A stretch of DNA of 64,000 nucleotides from an uncultured Clostridia bacterium (GTDB lineage: Bacteria; Bacillota; Clostridia; Christensenellales; UBA3700), in the NCBI GenBank assembly GCA_947038565.1, contig CAMQWP010000001.1, positions 66,381 through 130,380 on the forward strand. Reading direction: 5' to 3'. Position 1 is the stretch's first letter. Every line of letters starts with the position of its first letter. Shown piece by piece: positions 38,993 through 48,862 of this stretch. The notes beneath the pieces are model-generated. The model was given only the letters and a program-made list of their open reading frames with translations, searched no databases and was not told the origin of the DNA. A program made the position numbers and the translations under genes.

Positions 38993-39015
38993 CACATTAC
39001 TTATTATGATAAGAG

Positions 39016-39477
39016 TTAATACTTGTTTAGGTCTCTAATTTCTCTATCAAGACTTCTTTTTTGTTGTTTTTCTTGTAGCACATGTCTTTTATCATGCAAT
39101 TCTTTACCTTTAGCAAGACCTATCTCGACCTTTACTAATCCTTGCTTAAAATACATTTTTGTAGGTACAAGCGTGTATCCTTTTATCTCTACTTTACTAC
39201 GCAACTTGTTTATCTCGGATTTGTGTAGAAGCAGTTTCCTCATTCGCCTTGGTTCTTCGTTAAAAAAACTTCCTTTCTCGTACGAAGAAATATGCAAATT
39301 AATAATCTGCATTTCTCCCTCTCTTACAAGACAATAAGTATCTTTCATATTAAGCTGACCTAGCCTTATAGACTTCACTTCGCTACCGACTAAAACTATT
39401 CCAGCCTCGATAGTGTCCTCTATATAATAGTCATGATACGCTTTTTTATTCGTTGCGATGATTTTTACGCCTTGCAT
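39016..39477 (-). CDS. smpB: SsrA-binding protein
   Basis: Characteristic SmpB sequence (IATNKKAYHDYYIEDT...GSEVKSIR...KLLLHKSEI). Directly downstream of rnr. Confidence 0.93.
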   Translation of the reverse strand: MQGVKIIATNKKAYHDYYIEDTIEAGIVLVGSEVKSIRLGQLNMKDTYCLVREGEMQIINLHISSYEKGSFFNEEPRRMRKLLLHKSEINKLRSKVEIKGYTLVPTKMYFKQGLVKVEIGLAKGKELHDKRHVLQEKQQKRSLDREIRDLNKY

Positions 39478-39478
39478 A

Positions 39479-41539
39479 CTACCCCTCTAGCACCATAAAG
39501 GTAACGCGTCTATTCTCTATATCGCAAGCAATTACTTCAATAGCAACTTCTTGACCTAGAGTATAGCTACATCTATCACCCTTTAATAGGTATTTACTTT
39601 CTACAAATTCGTAATTATCCTTAGGTAAGTTATCAAGTCTAGCGATACCCTCACAAGTATTCTCTAGCTCTACAAATATACCGAAGTTAGTTACGCCACT
39701 TACTACGCCCTTGAACTGCTCACCTACATGACGCATCATATACTCAGCTTTGTAGTAATCTTTGATATCTCTCTCTGCCTGCTCACTAGCCTTTTCTCTC
39801 TCGCTTGAAACTGTAGAAACCTCTTTACACCAGTTAGCAAGTTTTGGTAAACTGCCTAGCTTATTATCTAGCATTGCTTTGATAATTCTATGGATCTGAA
39901 GATCAGGATAACGTCTAATAGGAGAAGTAAAGTGACAGTAATACTCTGCTGCAAGTCCGAAATGACCTAAATTCTCAGGCATGTACTTAGCCTTTTGCAT
40001 GCTTCTAAGCATTATCTTAGAGATAATAGTCTCTACCGCACTACCGCTAACAGTATCAAGTACTTGCTGAAGTGTTTTTGGGCTTACTTTACCAGCAGGC
40101 ATATGGAAACCACAGCTTTCTATAAACTTCTTAAAGTTAGTTATCTTCTCTCCATCTGGCAACTCGTGTACACGGTATACAAACGGCAATTTTTTCTCGC
40201 ACATATACTCTGCAACGGTCTCATTAGCGATCAGCATGAACTCTTCTATCATACCATTAGACACAGTGTAAGGATATACTTTAATAGTATCTACATTACC
40301 TTGATCATCAAGTATAATCTTACTTTCTTTAGTATCAAAATTGATATTACCGCGATCATTACGACGCTTATTTAAAATCTTTGACAATGCAAGCGCATCA
40401 TCTATCATAGGCACTACGGGGCTATACTTTGCACGAAGCTCTTCATCGCCTTCGACGATCTTAGTAACATTCGCATAAGTCATAGCATAGTCATTGTTTA
40501 TAATACTCTTTACTAGCTCGCGATCTATAACTTCACCGTCATAATTAACAGTAATAGCACAAGTAAGCGTAAGTCTATCTTCACCACCATTAAGTGAGCA
40601 TAGTCCATTACTAAGCACTGGCGGTAGCATTGGATAAACACTGCCTGGGAAATAAACACTTGTCGCTCTCTTGAAAGCCTCTTTATCTAGCATGCTACCT
40701 TGCTCCACATAATGCGAAACATCAGCAATATGAACATATAACTTATAAAAACCATCATATTTGAATACTGAAATAGCGTCATCTAAGTCTTTACTGTCGT
40801 CGCCGTCTATAGATAAAGTCATCATATCAATGTAACTTGTTCTATTATCAGTATACTTAGACTTCATAGCATTCGCCTCTGTCTCAACGTCCTCAGGGAA
40901 CACGTTATTAAAGCCGTAAGACTTTAAAATAGACAACACGTCTGATTGTTTTTCGCCTATCTTACCGATAACCTCGACTATCTTTCCAGTAGGATTTTTA
41001 CCGCCGAACTTCTCTATTTCCACGATAACCTTAGTGCCATTATCAGCACCGATATCATAGCCTCTTGGAATAAAAATATCAGAGTAGTAATTGTTATCAT
41101 CAGATATAACAAAGCCAAAGCCCGCACTCTTTTGATAAGAACCAACTATCCTAGTGATACCACGCTCAAGCACTCTCTCTACAAATCCTTCATCACCCTT
41201 TACGATAGACACTTCTACAGTATCGCCATGCATGGCAGTATTAAGACCCTTATGTGGCACGAATAAATCTTCGCCTTCATCCTCACGGATTAGAAAAGCA
41301 AAGCCACGCTTATTGCCACGCAATACGCCTTTATAAAGTTTAGTTTGTTTTTTCTGATAGAACTTGCCATTCCTGTCCTCGTCGAGCTTACCACTCTTGA
41401 CCATTTCCTCTAAGACTTTTACGATCTCAGTGATCTCAAACTTAGTGTGAAAACCTAATTTCTTAGATATCTCACGAGCAGACATGCCGTAGACACGCAT
41501 TTGTTCTATTTTTTCTGATAGCTTATAAGCAAAACTCAT
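39479..41539 (-). CDS. rnr: ribonuclease R
   Basis: RNB catalytic motifs (DGDDSKDLDDAISV; HFGL...YCHFTSPIRRYPDL) and a C-terminal S1 domain (GVVSGVTNFGIFVEL). Confidence 0.9.
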   Translation of the reverse strand: MSFAYKLSEKIEQMRVYGMSAREISKKLGFHTKFEITEIVKVLEEMVKSGKLDEDRNGKFYQKKQTKLYKGVLRGNKRGFAFLIREDEGEDLFVPHKGLNTAMHGDTVEVSIVKGDEGFVERVLERGITRIVGSYQKSAGFGFVISDDNNYYSDIFIPRGYDIGADNGTKVIVEIEKFGGKNPTGKIVEVIGKIGEKQSDVLSILKSYGFNNVFPEDVETEANAMKSKYTDNRTSYIDMMTLSIDGDDSKDLDDAISVFKYDGFYKLYVHIADVSHYVEQGSMLDKEAFKRATSVYFPGSVYPMLPPVLSNGLCSLNGGEDRLTLTCAITVNYDGEVIDRELVKSIINNDYAMTYANVTKIVEGDEELRAKYSPVVPMIDDALALSKILNKRRNDRGNINFDTKESKIILDDQGNVDTIKVYPYTVSNGMIEEFMLIANETVAEYMCEKKLPFVYRVHELPDGEKITNFKKFIESCGFHMPAGKVSPKTLQQVLDTVSGSAVETIISKIMLRSMQKAKYMPENLGHFGLAAEYYCHFTSPIRRYPDLQIHRIIKAMLDNKLGSLPKLANWCKEVSTVSSEREKASEQAERDIKDYYKAEYMMRHVGEQFKGVVSGVTNFGIFVELENTCEGIARLDNLPKDNYEFVESKYLLKGDRCSYTLGQEVAIEVIACDIENRRVTFMVLEG

Positions 41540-41688
41540 TACATTTTTTTCCTTCTTTTAAACTGATGTAACTTACTCGCAAAGCGAGCACTACACTTAA
41601 ACATATTATATAGAATATAAATATACCCTAATAATACCACAAATACACTTAATATACAATAGTAAATTATAAAATTATATACAAGCAT

Positions 41689-41724
41689 AAAAAAACGACC
41701 GAAATCCGAGTGGAAATCAGCCGT
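41689..41724 (-). terminator. terminator after secG
   Basis: Imperfect 13-nt stem (ACGGCTGATTTCC / GGATTTCGGTCGT on the minus strand) followed by a 7-nt U-run. Confidence 0.55.
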
Positions 41725-41743
41725 TAAACATTCGTAAAATATA

Positions 41744-42040
41744 TTAAATAGCAGTCAATACGAAATAGATAATAGATAATACAACTATAAGACCACCTAG
41801 AAAACTAGTAAGTATCTTAAGCATACGCTCTTTGTTTTGACCTTTATTCTTACCCATGTAAGTCTCTGACTCGCCACCAATAGCTCCGATATTGTCATTA
41901 GTACCCTTTTGCATAAGAACTATAACTATAACAGCTATTGAAAGAAGCACCATGAAAACAACCAGAACGTCTTTCACGATCTTTATTGCGGTGTAATCTA
42001 CTACTCCTAGCATTGTAATAAACGAATTAATCATACTCAT
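41744..42040 (-). CDS. secG: preprotein translocase subunit SecG
   Basis: Two-TM small protein with a Gly-rich central loop (LMQKGTNDNIGAIGG). The secG-rnr-smpB synteny is conserved in Firmicutes. Confidence 0.8.
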   Translation of the reverse strand: MSMINSFITMLGVVDYTAIKIVKDVLVVFMVLLSIAVIVIVLMQKGTNDNIGAIGGESETYMGKNKGQNKERMLKILTSFLGGLIVVLSIIYFVLTAI

Positions 42041-42132
42041 TTCTTTTTACCTCCTAATGACTTTAGCTTTATTATTCTACCACATATAAAACATAAAGAC
42101 AAGTGTTTTAAGAGAAAAATTCATGAAATTAA

Positions 42133-42636
42133 TTATTTCATAGCACAAACCTGCATTTTCATTGCTTTAAACGTTTCTAAATGTAGTTTTTCGTCGATTA
42201 TTATTCTTTCTAGAAGTTCTTTTATAGAATAATTATCAACACACCTTACTGCTCTTTTATAAGCGCATATTGCTTTCTCCTCTAGTTTGATATCGCTATC
42301 TAACAGTGCGACAGGGTCTTTTGAGTAATTGACCATAGAGCCATTCCAAAACTGTCTATTACCGCCAGTGACAGGCGTGCCACCTAGAGCAACTATGCAT
42401 TCGCCTAATAGCTCCATGTGTTTCATCTCAGCCATTGCGATATGCTCAAGCATGTGATGGAAGTCTTCATTGACCTCACCGATTATGTAGCTTTGATACA
42501 TGTACTGTATTATTGCAGTAAGCTCACTATCCGCACCCGCATATAGATCCATTATACACCTCACATCGCATGCACTTTGGCAATCCACTTCTACTTGTGG
42601 GTACGGCAAATCAGCCATTAACATATTATTATTCAT
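42133..42636 (-). CDS. ferritin-like di-metal protein (manganese-catalase/CotJC-like family)
   Basis: LPYPQVEV...YAGADSELTAIIQYMYQSY and E-x-x-H-type helices (AEMKHMELL, DEKLHLE). Start set at MNNNMLMAD (ATG 42634-42636), which has a GGAGGG RBS. Confidence 0.55.
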   Translation of the reverse strand: MNNNMLMADLPYPQVEVDCQSACDVRCIMDLYAGADSELTAIIQYMYQSYIIGEVNEDFHHMLEHIAMAEMKHMELLGECIVALGGTPVTGGNRQFWNGSMVNYSKDPVALLDSDIKLEEKAICAYKRAVRCVDNYSIKELLERIIIDEKLHLETFKAMKMQVCAMK

Positions 42637-42727
42637 ATTATTCCCTCCAATTATCATATTTATACTTACACTATATGAATATTTTAACAAAAATGTTATT
42701 ATTGAGCTGATAAATATAATAATATTA

Positions 42728-42756
42728 TTGACATTTTATGCTATTAGGTTTACAAT
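42728..42756 (+). promoter_or_regulatory. sigma-A-like promoter placed 7 nt from the ClC start codon
   Basis: TTGACA (42728-42733), 17-nt spacer, TACAAT (42751-42756). The ATG at 42764 has no RBS. Confidence 0.45.
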
Positions 42757-42763
42757 TACAATT

Positions 42764-44554
42764 ATGAAAAAGATTATTGATGAAAAAGTGCTAAAAGGCA
42801 CGCTAATAGAAAATGATTTTAACACTAGCGATGTAGCTAGTGCTGATAAGCATACTTTCAATCACGAGTCTGCTGAGGTCTCGGATACAATCGACAAAAT
42901 AATAGACGCGTCTGCCGATATAGACAATATAGATATAGACGAAGAAAAGACTATGCTTATAGGTCAAGCTAGGCTTGTAACCAGCAACAACACGGGCAAA
43001 AACAAACACCACTTAGGCTACTTTAAAAATGTTCTTATCCCCGTATTGCTTTACAGTACGATAGTAGGTATAATAGTAGGTCTCTTAGTAGGTCTTTATA
43101 ATAAATTATCATCAGTAATATCGCACTGGTCAGTACATATATATACTCTAGTGAGAGCAAACCCAGCATATGTTCCACTATTATTATTTGGAGTTGTCAT
43201 CATTGCACTCCTAGTATTTGTACTATTGAAGTTTACCCCTGAGTGCCGTGGTAGCGGTGTTCCTCGTACTGAGGGCGTGCTTAGAGGCTTATTTACTTTT
43301 AGATGGCTAAGAGTTTTACTTACTACTATTTCTTCTTCAATATTATCATACTTCGGAGGTCTGTCACTCGGTGCGGAAGGTCCATCTATTCAAATAGGTG
43401 CTACCACTGCGCAAGGCGTTAGCGAACTACTTAAGTGTAGAATGGCATGGTCATCTTACGTCATGTCAGCGGGTGCAGGTACTGGACTTGCAGTAGCTTT
43501 CAATGCTCCGCTTACTGGTATTGTATTCATATTAGAAGAAGTGCATAGACGTACTACTCCTATGATAATGCTAACGGCTGGCTGTTCTGTAATAACTGGC
43601 ACTTTTGTATCTCGTGCACTTACTCTTTTGTGGGGTGGTAATCCGAACGACTTGCTATTCGGCTTTAAGTCATCTCTTGCAACTTTTGCAATGACTGATA
43701 TATGGATGCTTATCGTATTAGGTATCGCGATAGGTCTTCTATCAGTCGGTTTTAACTGGATCATACTTCGCTCACAAAAACTAATAAATAAATTTGCAAA
43801 GTTCCCAGAATGGGCAAAACTTATCACAGCATTCTTAGTATGTGCATCAGTAGGTCTTGCATGGCCAGCAACACTAGGCGGTGGACATGATCTAATCCTT
43901 GAGATAGGTCTTAGGTCTTACGCATGGGACGCTCTGCTAGTTTTATTCGTGATCAAATTAGCTCTTATCATGTTCTCATTTAATAGTGGTGCGACTGGAG
44001 GATTATTTATCCCAATGCTTTCGATAGGTGCACTTATGGGAGCGTTATTTGGCGAGGCATTCCTTCTTGCAGGTCTTGATCCAGGGCTTTATAACATCAT
44101 AGTAATTATAAGTATGTCTGCTCTATTCGGTGCGTCCGTAAAGACACCTATTACCGCGATGATTTTAGTTCTAGAAGTTACAGGAGAATTCCACAGCTTC
44201 CTATATACTGGTATCACGGTTATGACAGCTTACTTCATTGCTGAGTTATTTAGAACTCCAGCACTTTATGACGCACTACTAGAAAACAATCTACACGCTC
44301 ACTACAAAGATAAAGAACATGAAGTAATAGTATTTGATGTGGATATTGTAGGAAAATCATTTGCCGATCAAAAAGCTATTCGTGACTTATTATGGCCACC
44401 TAGATGTATTGTAGAGAGCATTAGCCGTGACGATAATGTAATCATACCTGCCTCTGATACACTACTTGTAGAAGGCGATATTTTAACAATAAAAGTTGAT
44501 ACTTATGAGCCTGAAAAAACTCAAGAATATATCGAAAAACTTCTTAACGAATAA
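42764..44554 (+). CDS. ClC family voltage-gated chloride channel / H+-Cl- antiporter with a C-terminal TrkA-C (RCK_C) domain
   Basis: ClC selectivity motifs GSGVP, GAEGP and GGLFIP. C-terminal LLVEGDILTIKV is typical of TrkA-C. The first 88 codons of the 684-aa ORF overlap the opposite-strand gene and were trimmed. The start is uncertain (ATG 42764, or the internal MLIGQ ATG near 42950). Confidence 0.8.
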   Translation: MKKIIDEKVLKGTLIENDFNTSDVASADKHTFNHESAEVSDTIDKIIDASADIDNIDIDEEKTMLIGQARLVTSNNTGKNKHHLGYFKNVLIPVLLYSTIVGIIVGLLVGLYNKLSSVISHWSVHIYTLVRANPAYVPLLLFGVVIIALLVFVLLKFTPECRGSGVPRTEGVLRGLFTFRWLRVLLTTISSSILSYFGGLSLGAEGPSIQIGATTAQGVSELLKCRMAWSSYVMSAGAGTGLAVAFNAPLTGIVFILEEVHRRTTPMIMLTAGCSVITGTFVSRALTLLWGGNPNDLLFGFKSSLATFAMTDIWMLIVLGIAIGLLSVGFNWIILRSQKLINKFAKFPEWAKLITAFLVCASVGLAWPATLGGGHDLILEIGLRSYAWDALLVLFVIKLALIMFSFNSGATGGLFIPMLSIGALMGALFGEAFLLAGLDPGLYNIIVIISMSALFGASVKTPITAMILVLEVTGEFHSFLYTGITVMTAYFIAELFRTPALYDALLENNLHAHYKDKEHEVIVFDVDIVGKSFADQKAIRDLLWPPRCIVESISRDDNVIIPASDTLLVEGDILTIKVDTYEPEKTQEYIEKLLNE

Positions 44555-44613
44555 ATAATAAAATTGTGCAAAAAGCAATAGTTTATTATGAAAAGAATTA
44601 ATACAATAATTTG

Positions 44614-44657
44614 AAAAAATAGTCATGAATATAATTATATTCATGACTATTTTTTTT
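44614..44657. terminator. bidirectional terminator after the ClC gene
   Basis: ATAGTCATGAATAT / ATATTCATGACTAT 14-nt inverted repeat, with an A-run before and a T-run after. Confidence 0.75.
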
Positions 44658-44878
44658 GCAAAAAAACTATGCAAGTCAATGATATATTACGTATAAACCT
44701 ATATACGCTAACACTTTAATCAGTATAATACAATAAACATCACTATTATATAGAATACAATCTATATATCATACTATATAAATTATATGTGCTTCGCTTA
44801 TAAAACTCACAACTTCTATATAGAAGTTTATGTATAATTTATCATTTATTTATAGCATTATATATACAGATTTAGATT

Positions 44879-44910
44879 GAAAAAAAAGGACACTTTTCAG
44901 TGTCCTTTTT
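44879..44910. terminator. terminator after proS (usable in both directions)
   Basis: AAGGACACT / AGTGTCCTT stem flanked by A8 and T5 runs. Confidence 0.7.
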
Positions 44911-44947
44911 GCATTCAATATTTTATTTTATTTTACCTATCTTTATC

Positions 44948-46405
44948 TTAGTAAGCTCTTGCAAAATAAATAGTATTAAGTGGCGTCTCTTCAGTATGGA
45001 CTTTTCCACATGCTACACACTTTGTACCAACTGGAGTTTGATCAAATGGCATAACTCTAGCTGATGCTTGATACATCTCTTTTATCTTTAGCTCACACTC
45101 AGGATCACCACACCACATTGTTTTCACGAAACATTGATTATCAAGTATATCCTTCATATCTTCGATATTTTCAGCAACTTGAATGTGTGTTTCTAAGAAA
45201 TGTTTTGCTTTATTGTACATGTTCTCATGTACTTCTTCTAATAATAATGTAACAGTCTCAGCGATATTCTCACGAGCTACTTCCACTTTTTCACAAGTAT
45301 CACGACGGAAAATCTGAACCACACCATTTTCGATATCGCGAGGGCCTTGCTCTACTCTTAGAGGTACGCCTTTCATCTCCCACTCATTAAACTTCCAACC
45401 TGGAGAGTTATCTGAATAGTCACGATCCGCTCTGATACCTGCAACTTTAAGCTCATTATATAGCTCATCAGCTTTATCCACTACGCCTTCTTTATGAGAC
45501 GCGATAGGTATTACGATAGCTTGAATCGGTGCAACTCTTGGAGGCAATGCAAGACCACGTTGGTCTCCATGTGCCATGATAAGTGCTCCGATAAGTCTTG
45601 TAGATACACCCCAGCTAGTTTGATATGGCATCTTATGTTCGCCATCACTATCTAAGTACTTGATCTCAAAACCCTTAGCAAAATTTGTACCTAAGTCATG
45701 AGAAGTACCTGCTTGAAGGCTTTTACCATCTAGCATCATCGCTTCCATACTGTAAGTAGCATTTGCTCCTGCAAACTTCTCTTTCTCGCTCTTACGACCA
45801 GTAAGCACTGGTACTGCAAGTACATTTTTCATAAATTCTTCATAGACGCCTAGCATTTTAAGAGTTTCCTCAAGTGCTTCTTCGTGTGTTCTATGAAGAG
45901 TATGACCTTCCTGCCATAAGAATTCACTAGTCCTAAGAAAAGGTCTAGTAGTTTTCTCGCAACGGAAAACATTCGCCCATTGATTGATAAGTACAGGCAA
46001 ATCGCGATAGCTCTTAACCCACTTCTTATACATCTCACATACGATAGTCTCGCTTGTAGGACGAACAACCAACTTTTCAGCTAGCTCTTCCTCTCCGTAA
46101 TGAGTAACTAGTGCTACTTCTGGAGCGAATCCCTCGATATGGTTTTTCTCACGAGTAAGAAAACTATAAGGAATAAGCATAGGAAAATAAGCGTTTTGAT
46201 GCCCAGTCTCTTTAAATCTTGTATCTAATTCTCTCTGGATATTCTCCCAAATACTATAACCGTATGGACGAATAACCATACTGCCCTTTACTGGACCGTA
46301 ATCAACTAACTCTGTCTTGATAACTACGTCAGTGTACCATTGAGGGAAATCTTCTTTTATATCAGCGATATCTTGCACGAATTGTGCTTTATTCTTCTTT
46401 GCCAT
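44948..46405 (-). CDS. proS: prolyl-tRNA synthetase, archaeal/eukaryote-like type (no INS editing domain, C-terminal Zn domain)
   Basis: Class II core, a C-terminal Cys cluster (CGDPEC...CVACG) and a terminal ...YFARAY. Start set at MAKKNK (ATG 46403-46405), which has a GGAGAG RBS. Confidence 0.88.
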   Translation of the reverse strand: MAKKNKAQFVQDIADIKEDFPQWYTDVVIKTELVDYGPVKGSMVIRPYGYSIWENIQRELDTRFKETGHQNAYFPMLIPYSFLTREKNHIEGFAPEVALVTHYGEEELAEKLVVRPTSETIVCEMYKKWVKSYRDLPVLINQWANVFRCEKTTRPFLRTSEFLWQEGHTLHRTHEEALEETLKMLGVYEEFMKNVLAVPVLTGRKSEKEKFAGANATYSMEAMMLDGKSLQAGTSHDLGTNFAKGFEIKYLDSDGEHKMPYQTSWGVSTRLIGALIMAHGDQRGLALPPRVAPIQAIVIPIASHKEGVVDKADELYNELKVAGIRADRDYSDNSPGWKFNEWEMKGVPLRVEQGPRDIENGVVQIFRRDTCEKVEVARENIAETVTLLLEEVHENMYNKAKHFLETHIQVAENIEDMKDILDNQCFVKTMWCGDPECELKIKEMYQASARVMPFDQTPVGTKCVACGKVHTEETPLNTIYFARAY

Positions 46406-46623
46406 TCTTCTCTCCAATAATTGTTTATATTGTTTATATTGTTATTATATTATATATCTATATTTTTTTCAAGTCATTTTATACAGTTTGCCAGTTTTAA
46501 GTGTAAAAACCTGCCTTTACTATATTTTTAAAACACATTACTACGTGAAATATATTATTTTCCTGTAAAAGGTTAATTCAAAACTAGCATTAATACTGAA
46601 GTCTTAGCCCTATACACGATAAT

Positions 46624-47445
46624 TTATTTTGTTTTGCTTACTAAATTATTAGGCATTTCGCAAGTCGTACCGCCTATCATGTTCATAGTACCAGTCTTGA
46701 TTGCACCGTGGAAGTCACTTCCGCCAGTCATAAATAATCCGTACTTTTTGCATAGCCCCGTCAATATCTCTATATCCTTTGCCGAATGCGATGGATAATA
46801 AACTTCTAGCCCGCCTAATCCATAAGGTACTAGACCTTCTATAAGTAGCTCTAGTTTTTTAGAATGATATAACTGCATAGGGTGAGCAATAACTGCCTCT
46901 CCACCAATATCGCATATTAGCTCTACTGCTTTTAAAGGAGTGATACGGTTAGACGGAATATATGCCAAACCATGGTCACCTAGATATCTTTCAAATGCTT
47001 CTTGAATACTATTTACATAACCGCTTTTCAACAACTCTCTAGCGATATGACTTCTACCAATATTTACTCGCGGTAGATTTTCTTCATTGATATAAATGTT
47101 ATATTTCGCTAACTTCGCGATCATTTGCATAGCACGCTCGCGTCTTTTAATAAGCAATTCATCTAAAATTTCCGCCAATTGTTCGCTCTTATGGTCAATG
47201 CCGTATCCTAGCATATGTACAGAAGTGACACCATAACTAGATATCTCTATACCGCTTAATACCTTTAGTCCGATTTCTTGTCCGTATGCGATAGCCTCAG
47301 AAACACCACTTACAGTATCATGATCAGTAACAGCAATACCATCAAGCTCTTTGAACTTAGCAAGGTCAAGTACTTCACCAACACTCATTGAACCGTCGCT
47401 ATGAGTAGTATGCACGTGCATATCAGTCTTCAATAATCTCATCAC
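46624..47445 (-). CDS. PHP-domain metal-dependent phosphoesterase
   Basis: DMHVHTTHSDGS PHP motif plus distal DHD and GGSDFHG. The start is ambiguous (GTG 47445 or ATG 47442, both after a GGAGG). It overlaps the rmuC 3' end. Confidence 0.78.
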   Translation of the reverse strand: MMRLLKTDMHVHTTHSDGSMSVGEVLDLAKFKELDGIAVTDHDTVSGVSEAIAYGQEIGLKVLSGIEISSYGVTSVHMLGYGIDHKSEQLAEILDELLIKRRERAMQMIAKLAKYNIYINEENLPRVNIGRSHIARELLKSGYVNSIQEAFERYLGDHGLAYIPSNRITPLKAVELICDIGGEAVIAHPMQLYHSKKLELLIEGLVPYGLGGLEVYYPSHSAKDIEILTGLCKKYGLFMTGGSDFHGAIKTGTMNMIGGTTCEMPNNLVSKTK

Positions 47446-48856
47446 TTGCAATACCTCCTATAATATCTATAGTCAACTCGGGCTGGCTCATGTCACCCAT
47501 ACTACCAAGTGCTTTTTGTATTATTCTTGTCCTTTTGATACTCTCTTCCACGCTTCCCGCTACAGTATTTACTTGCTTGCCGACTTTATCTAATGATGTA
47601 GTGAATTTTGTAAATTCCGACTTAAATTTATTAAGTGCTTTCCACACATCAGCGGATTTTTCTTGTATTTGAAGTGTTCTAAATCCTATCTGCAAACTAT
47701 TTAGAAGTGCCGATATAGTAGTAGGTCCGCTAAGCACTATTTTATACTTACTTTGCAACTCTTCTAACAACCCGACTTCTCTCACCACCTCCGCAAATAA
47801 CCCTTCAGTAGGCAAATACATTATCGCAAAATTAGTAGTTTTAGGTACATTAATATACTTTCTACTTATTTCTTTTGCCTCTGTCTTTATCCTATTAAGT
47901 AGTGCTTTTCGGGCTTGTAAGACTGCATCTTTATCAAATATTTCGCTCGCGTCGATAAGTCTTTCATAATCACTAAGAGGGAATTTAACATCAATTGGTA
48001 ATATTACTCGCTCATTTTTATCCGTTCCGGGTAAGTATATAGCAAAGTCTACTGCCTCTCGTCCTTCGATATTTACCTGCGAACCATACTGATCGGGAGT
48101 AAGTACTTGCTCTAGTAGATTATCAAGTGCGACTTCGCCCCATATACCTCTTGTCTTGATATTGCTCATTACTTTATTTAGATTATGTACGCCGTCCGAT
48201 AAACTAGACATCTCTCCTAAGCCTTTATGAACTGCACTCAGTTGCTCGCTTATCAGCTTAAACGACTCGTCAATCCTCTTGTTTAAAGTATCTTGAAGTT
48301 TATCATCTACCATCTCTCGCATTTGATCGAGCTTTTTATCGTTAGCATTACGGATATCATTAAGGTTTTCGCCGACTTCCTTTTGCATTTTGTGCAACTT
48401 ATTATCTAATAGCTCTCTAAGATTGTTATTATCTTGCAAGTTTCTATCGCTTTGCTTTGTTAGACTCTCGCCAACTTCTTTTCTCATGCCCGCGATATGC
48501 TCCATAAGTTTACTCTCTAGCGATCTAAACGAATTCTCTTGGTTTTTATTAAAACTTTCTACGCTTTTTACAAGTCCATCTTGACCAACAGTAATCATTT
48601 GCATCACGTTACTATTCTGCATAGTAAGTTGCCTAGTAATACTGTCTTGGACTTTTTCACCATCTTCTTTTATATATCCTTTTACTATTTGTAGAATTCC
48701 TTCTAGCTGTAAAGTAATATAATCTTCTTGTGATTCGCTAAAGCTGCCATCCGCCGTGCCAGCAGTAGGCTTATCGTTCTTAATAGATACGATTATTAAA
48801 GTGATGACAAGTAGCACCACAGCTATTATCCCTACGCTTAAAATTGCTATTTCCAT
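47423..48856 (-). CDS. rmuC: DNA recombination protein RmuC
   Basis: N-terminal TM helix, long coiled-coil region and a conserved C-terminal RmuC nuclease-like domain (FAIMYLPTEGLFAE). AGGAGG RBS. Confidence 0.82.
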   Translation of the reverse strand: MEIAILSVGIIAVVLLVITLIIVSIKNDKPTAGTADGSFSESQEDYITLQLEGILQIVKGYIKEDGEKVQDSITRQLTMQNSNVMQMITVGQDGLVKSVESFNKNQENSFRSLESKLMEHIAGMRKEVGESLTKQSDRNLQDNNNLRELLDNKLHKMQKEVGENLNDIRNANDKKLDQMREMVDDKLQDTLNKRIDESFKLISEQLSAVHKGLGEMSSLSDGVHNLNKVMSNIKTRGIWGEVALDNLLEQVLTPDQYGSQVNIEGREAVDFAIYLPGTDKNERVILPIDVKFPLSDYERLIDASEIFDKDAVLQARKALLNRIKTEAKEISRKYINVPKTTNFAIMYLPTEGLFAEVVREVGLLEELQSKYKIVLSGPTTISALLNSLQIGFRTLQIQEKSADVWKALNKFKSEFTKFTTSLDKVGKQVNTVAGSVEESIKRTRIIQKALGSMGDMSQPELTIDIIGGIASDEIIED

Positions 48857-48862
48857 AACTAC

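Noticed and set aside
38925-39015. tmRNA (ssrA) expected next to smpB.
   Set aside because: Only 91 nt are available, and they are taken up by a terminator hairpin. No tRNA-like acceptor/T-arm or tag-reading-frame features are seen. ssrA must be elsewhere.
42500-42763. N-terminal 88 codons of the 684-aa ClC ORF.
   Set aside because: This part overlaps the 5' half of the opposite-strand ferritin-like gene and the divergent promoter region, and it has no ClC-like sequence. The ORF is simply open upstream, so the start was moved to 42764.
46406-46623. T-box leader upstream of proS (also considered for glnS), and the small tandem repeat TTGTTTATA x3 at 46421-46447.
   Set aside because: There is no T-box sequence (…GGUGGNACCGCG…), no specifier/antiterminator architecture and no G+C-rich stems. 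The 9-nt repeat is short, AT-only and plausibly a slippage remnant.
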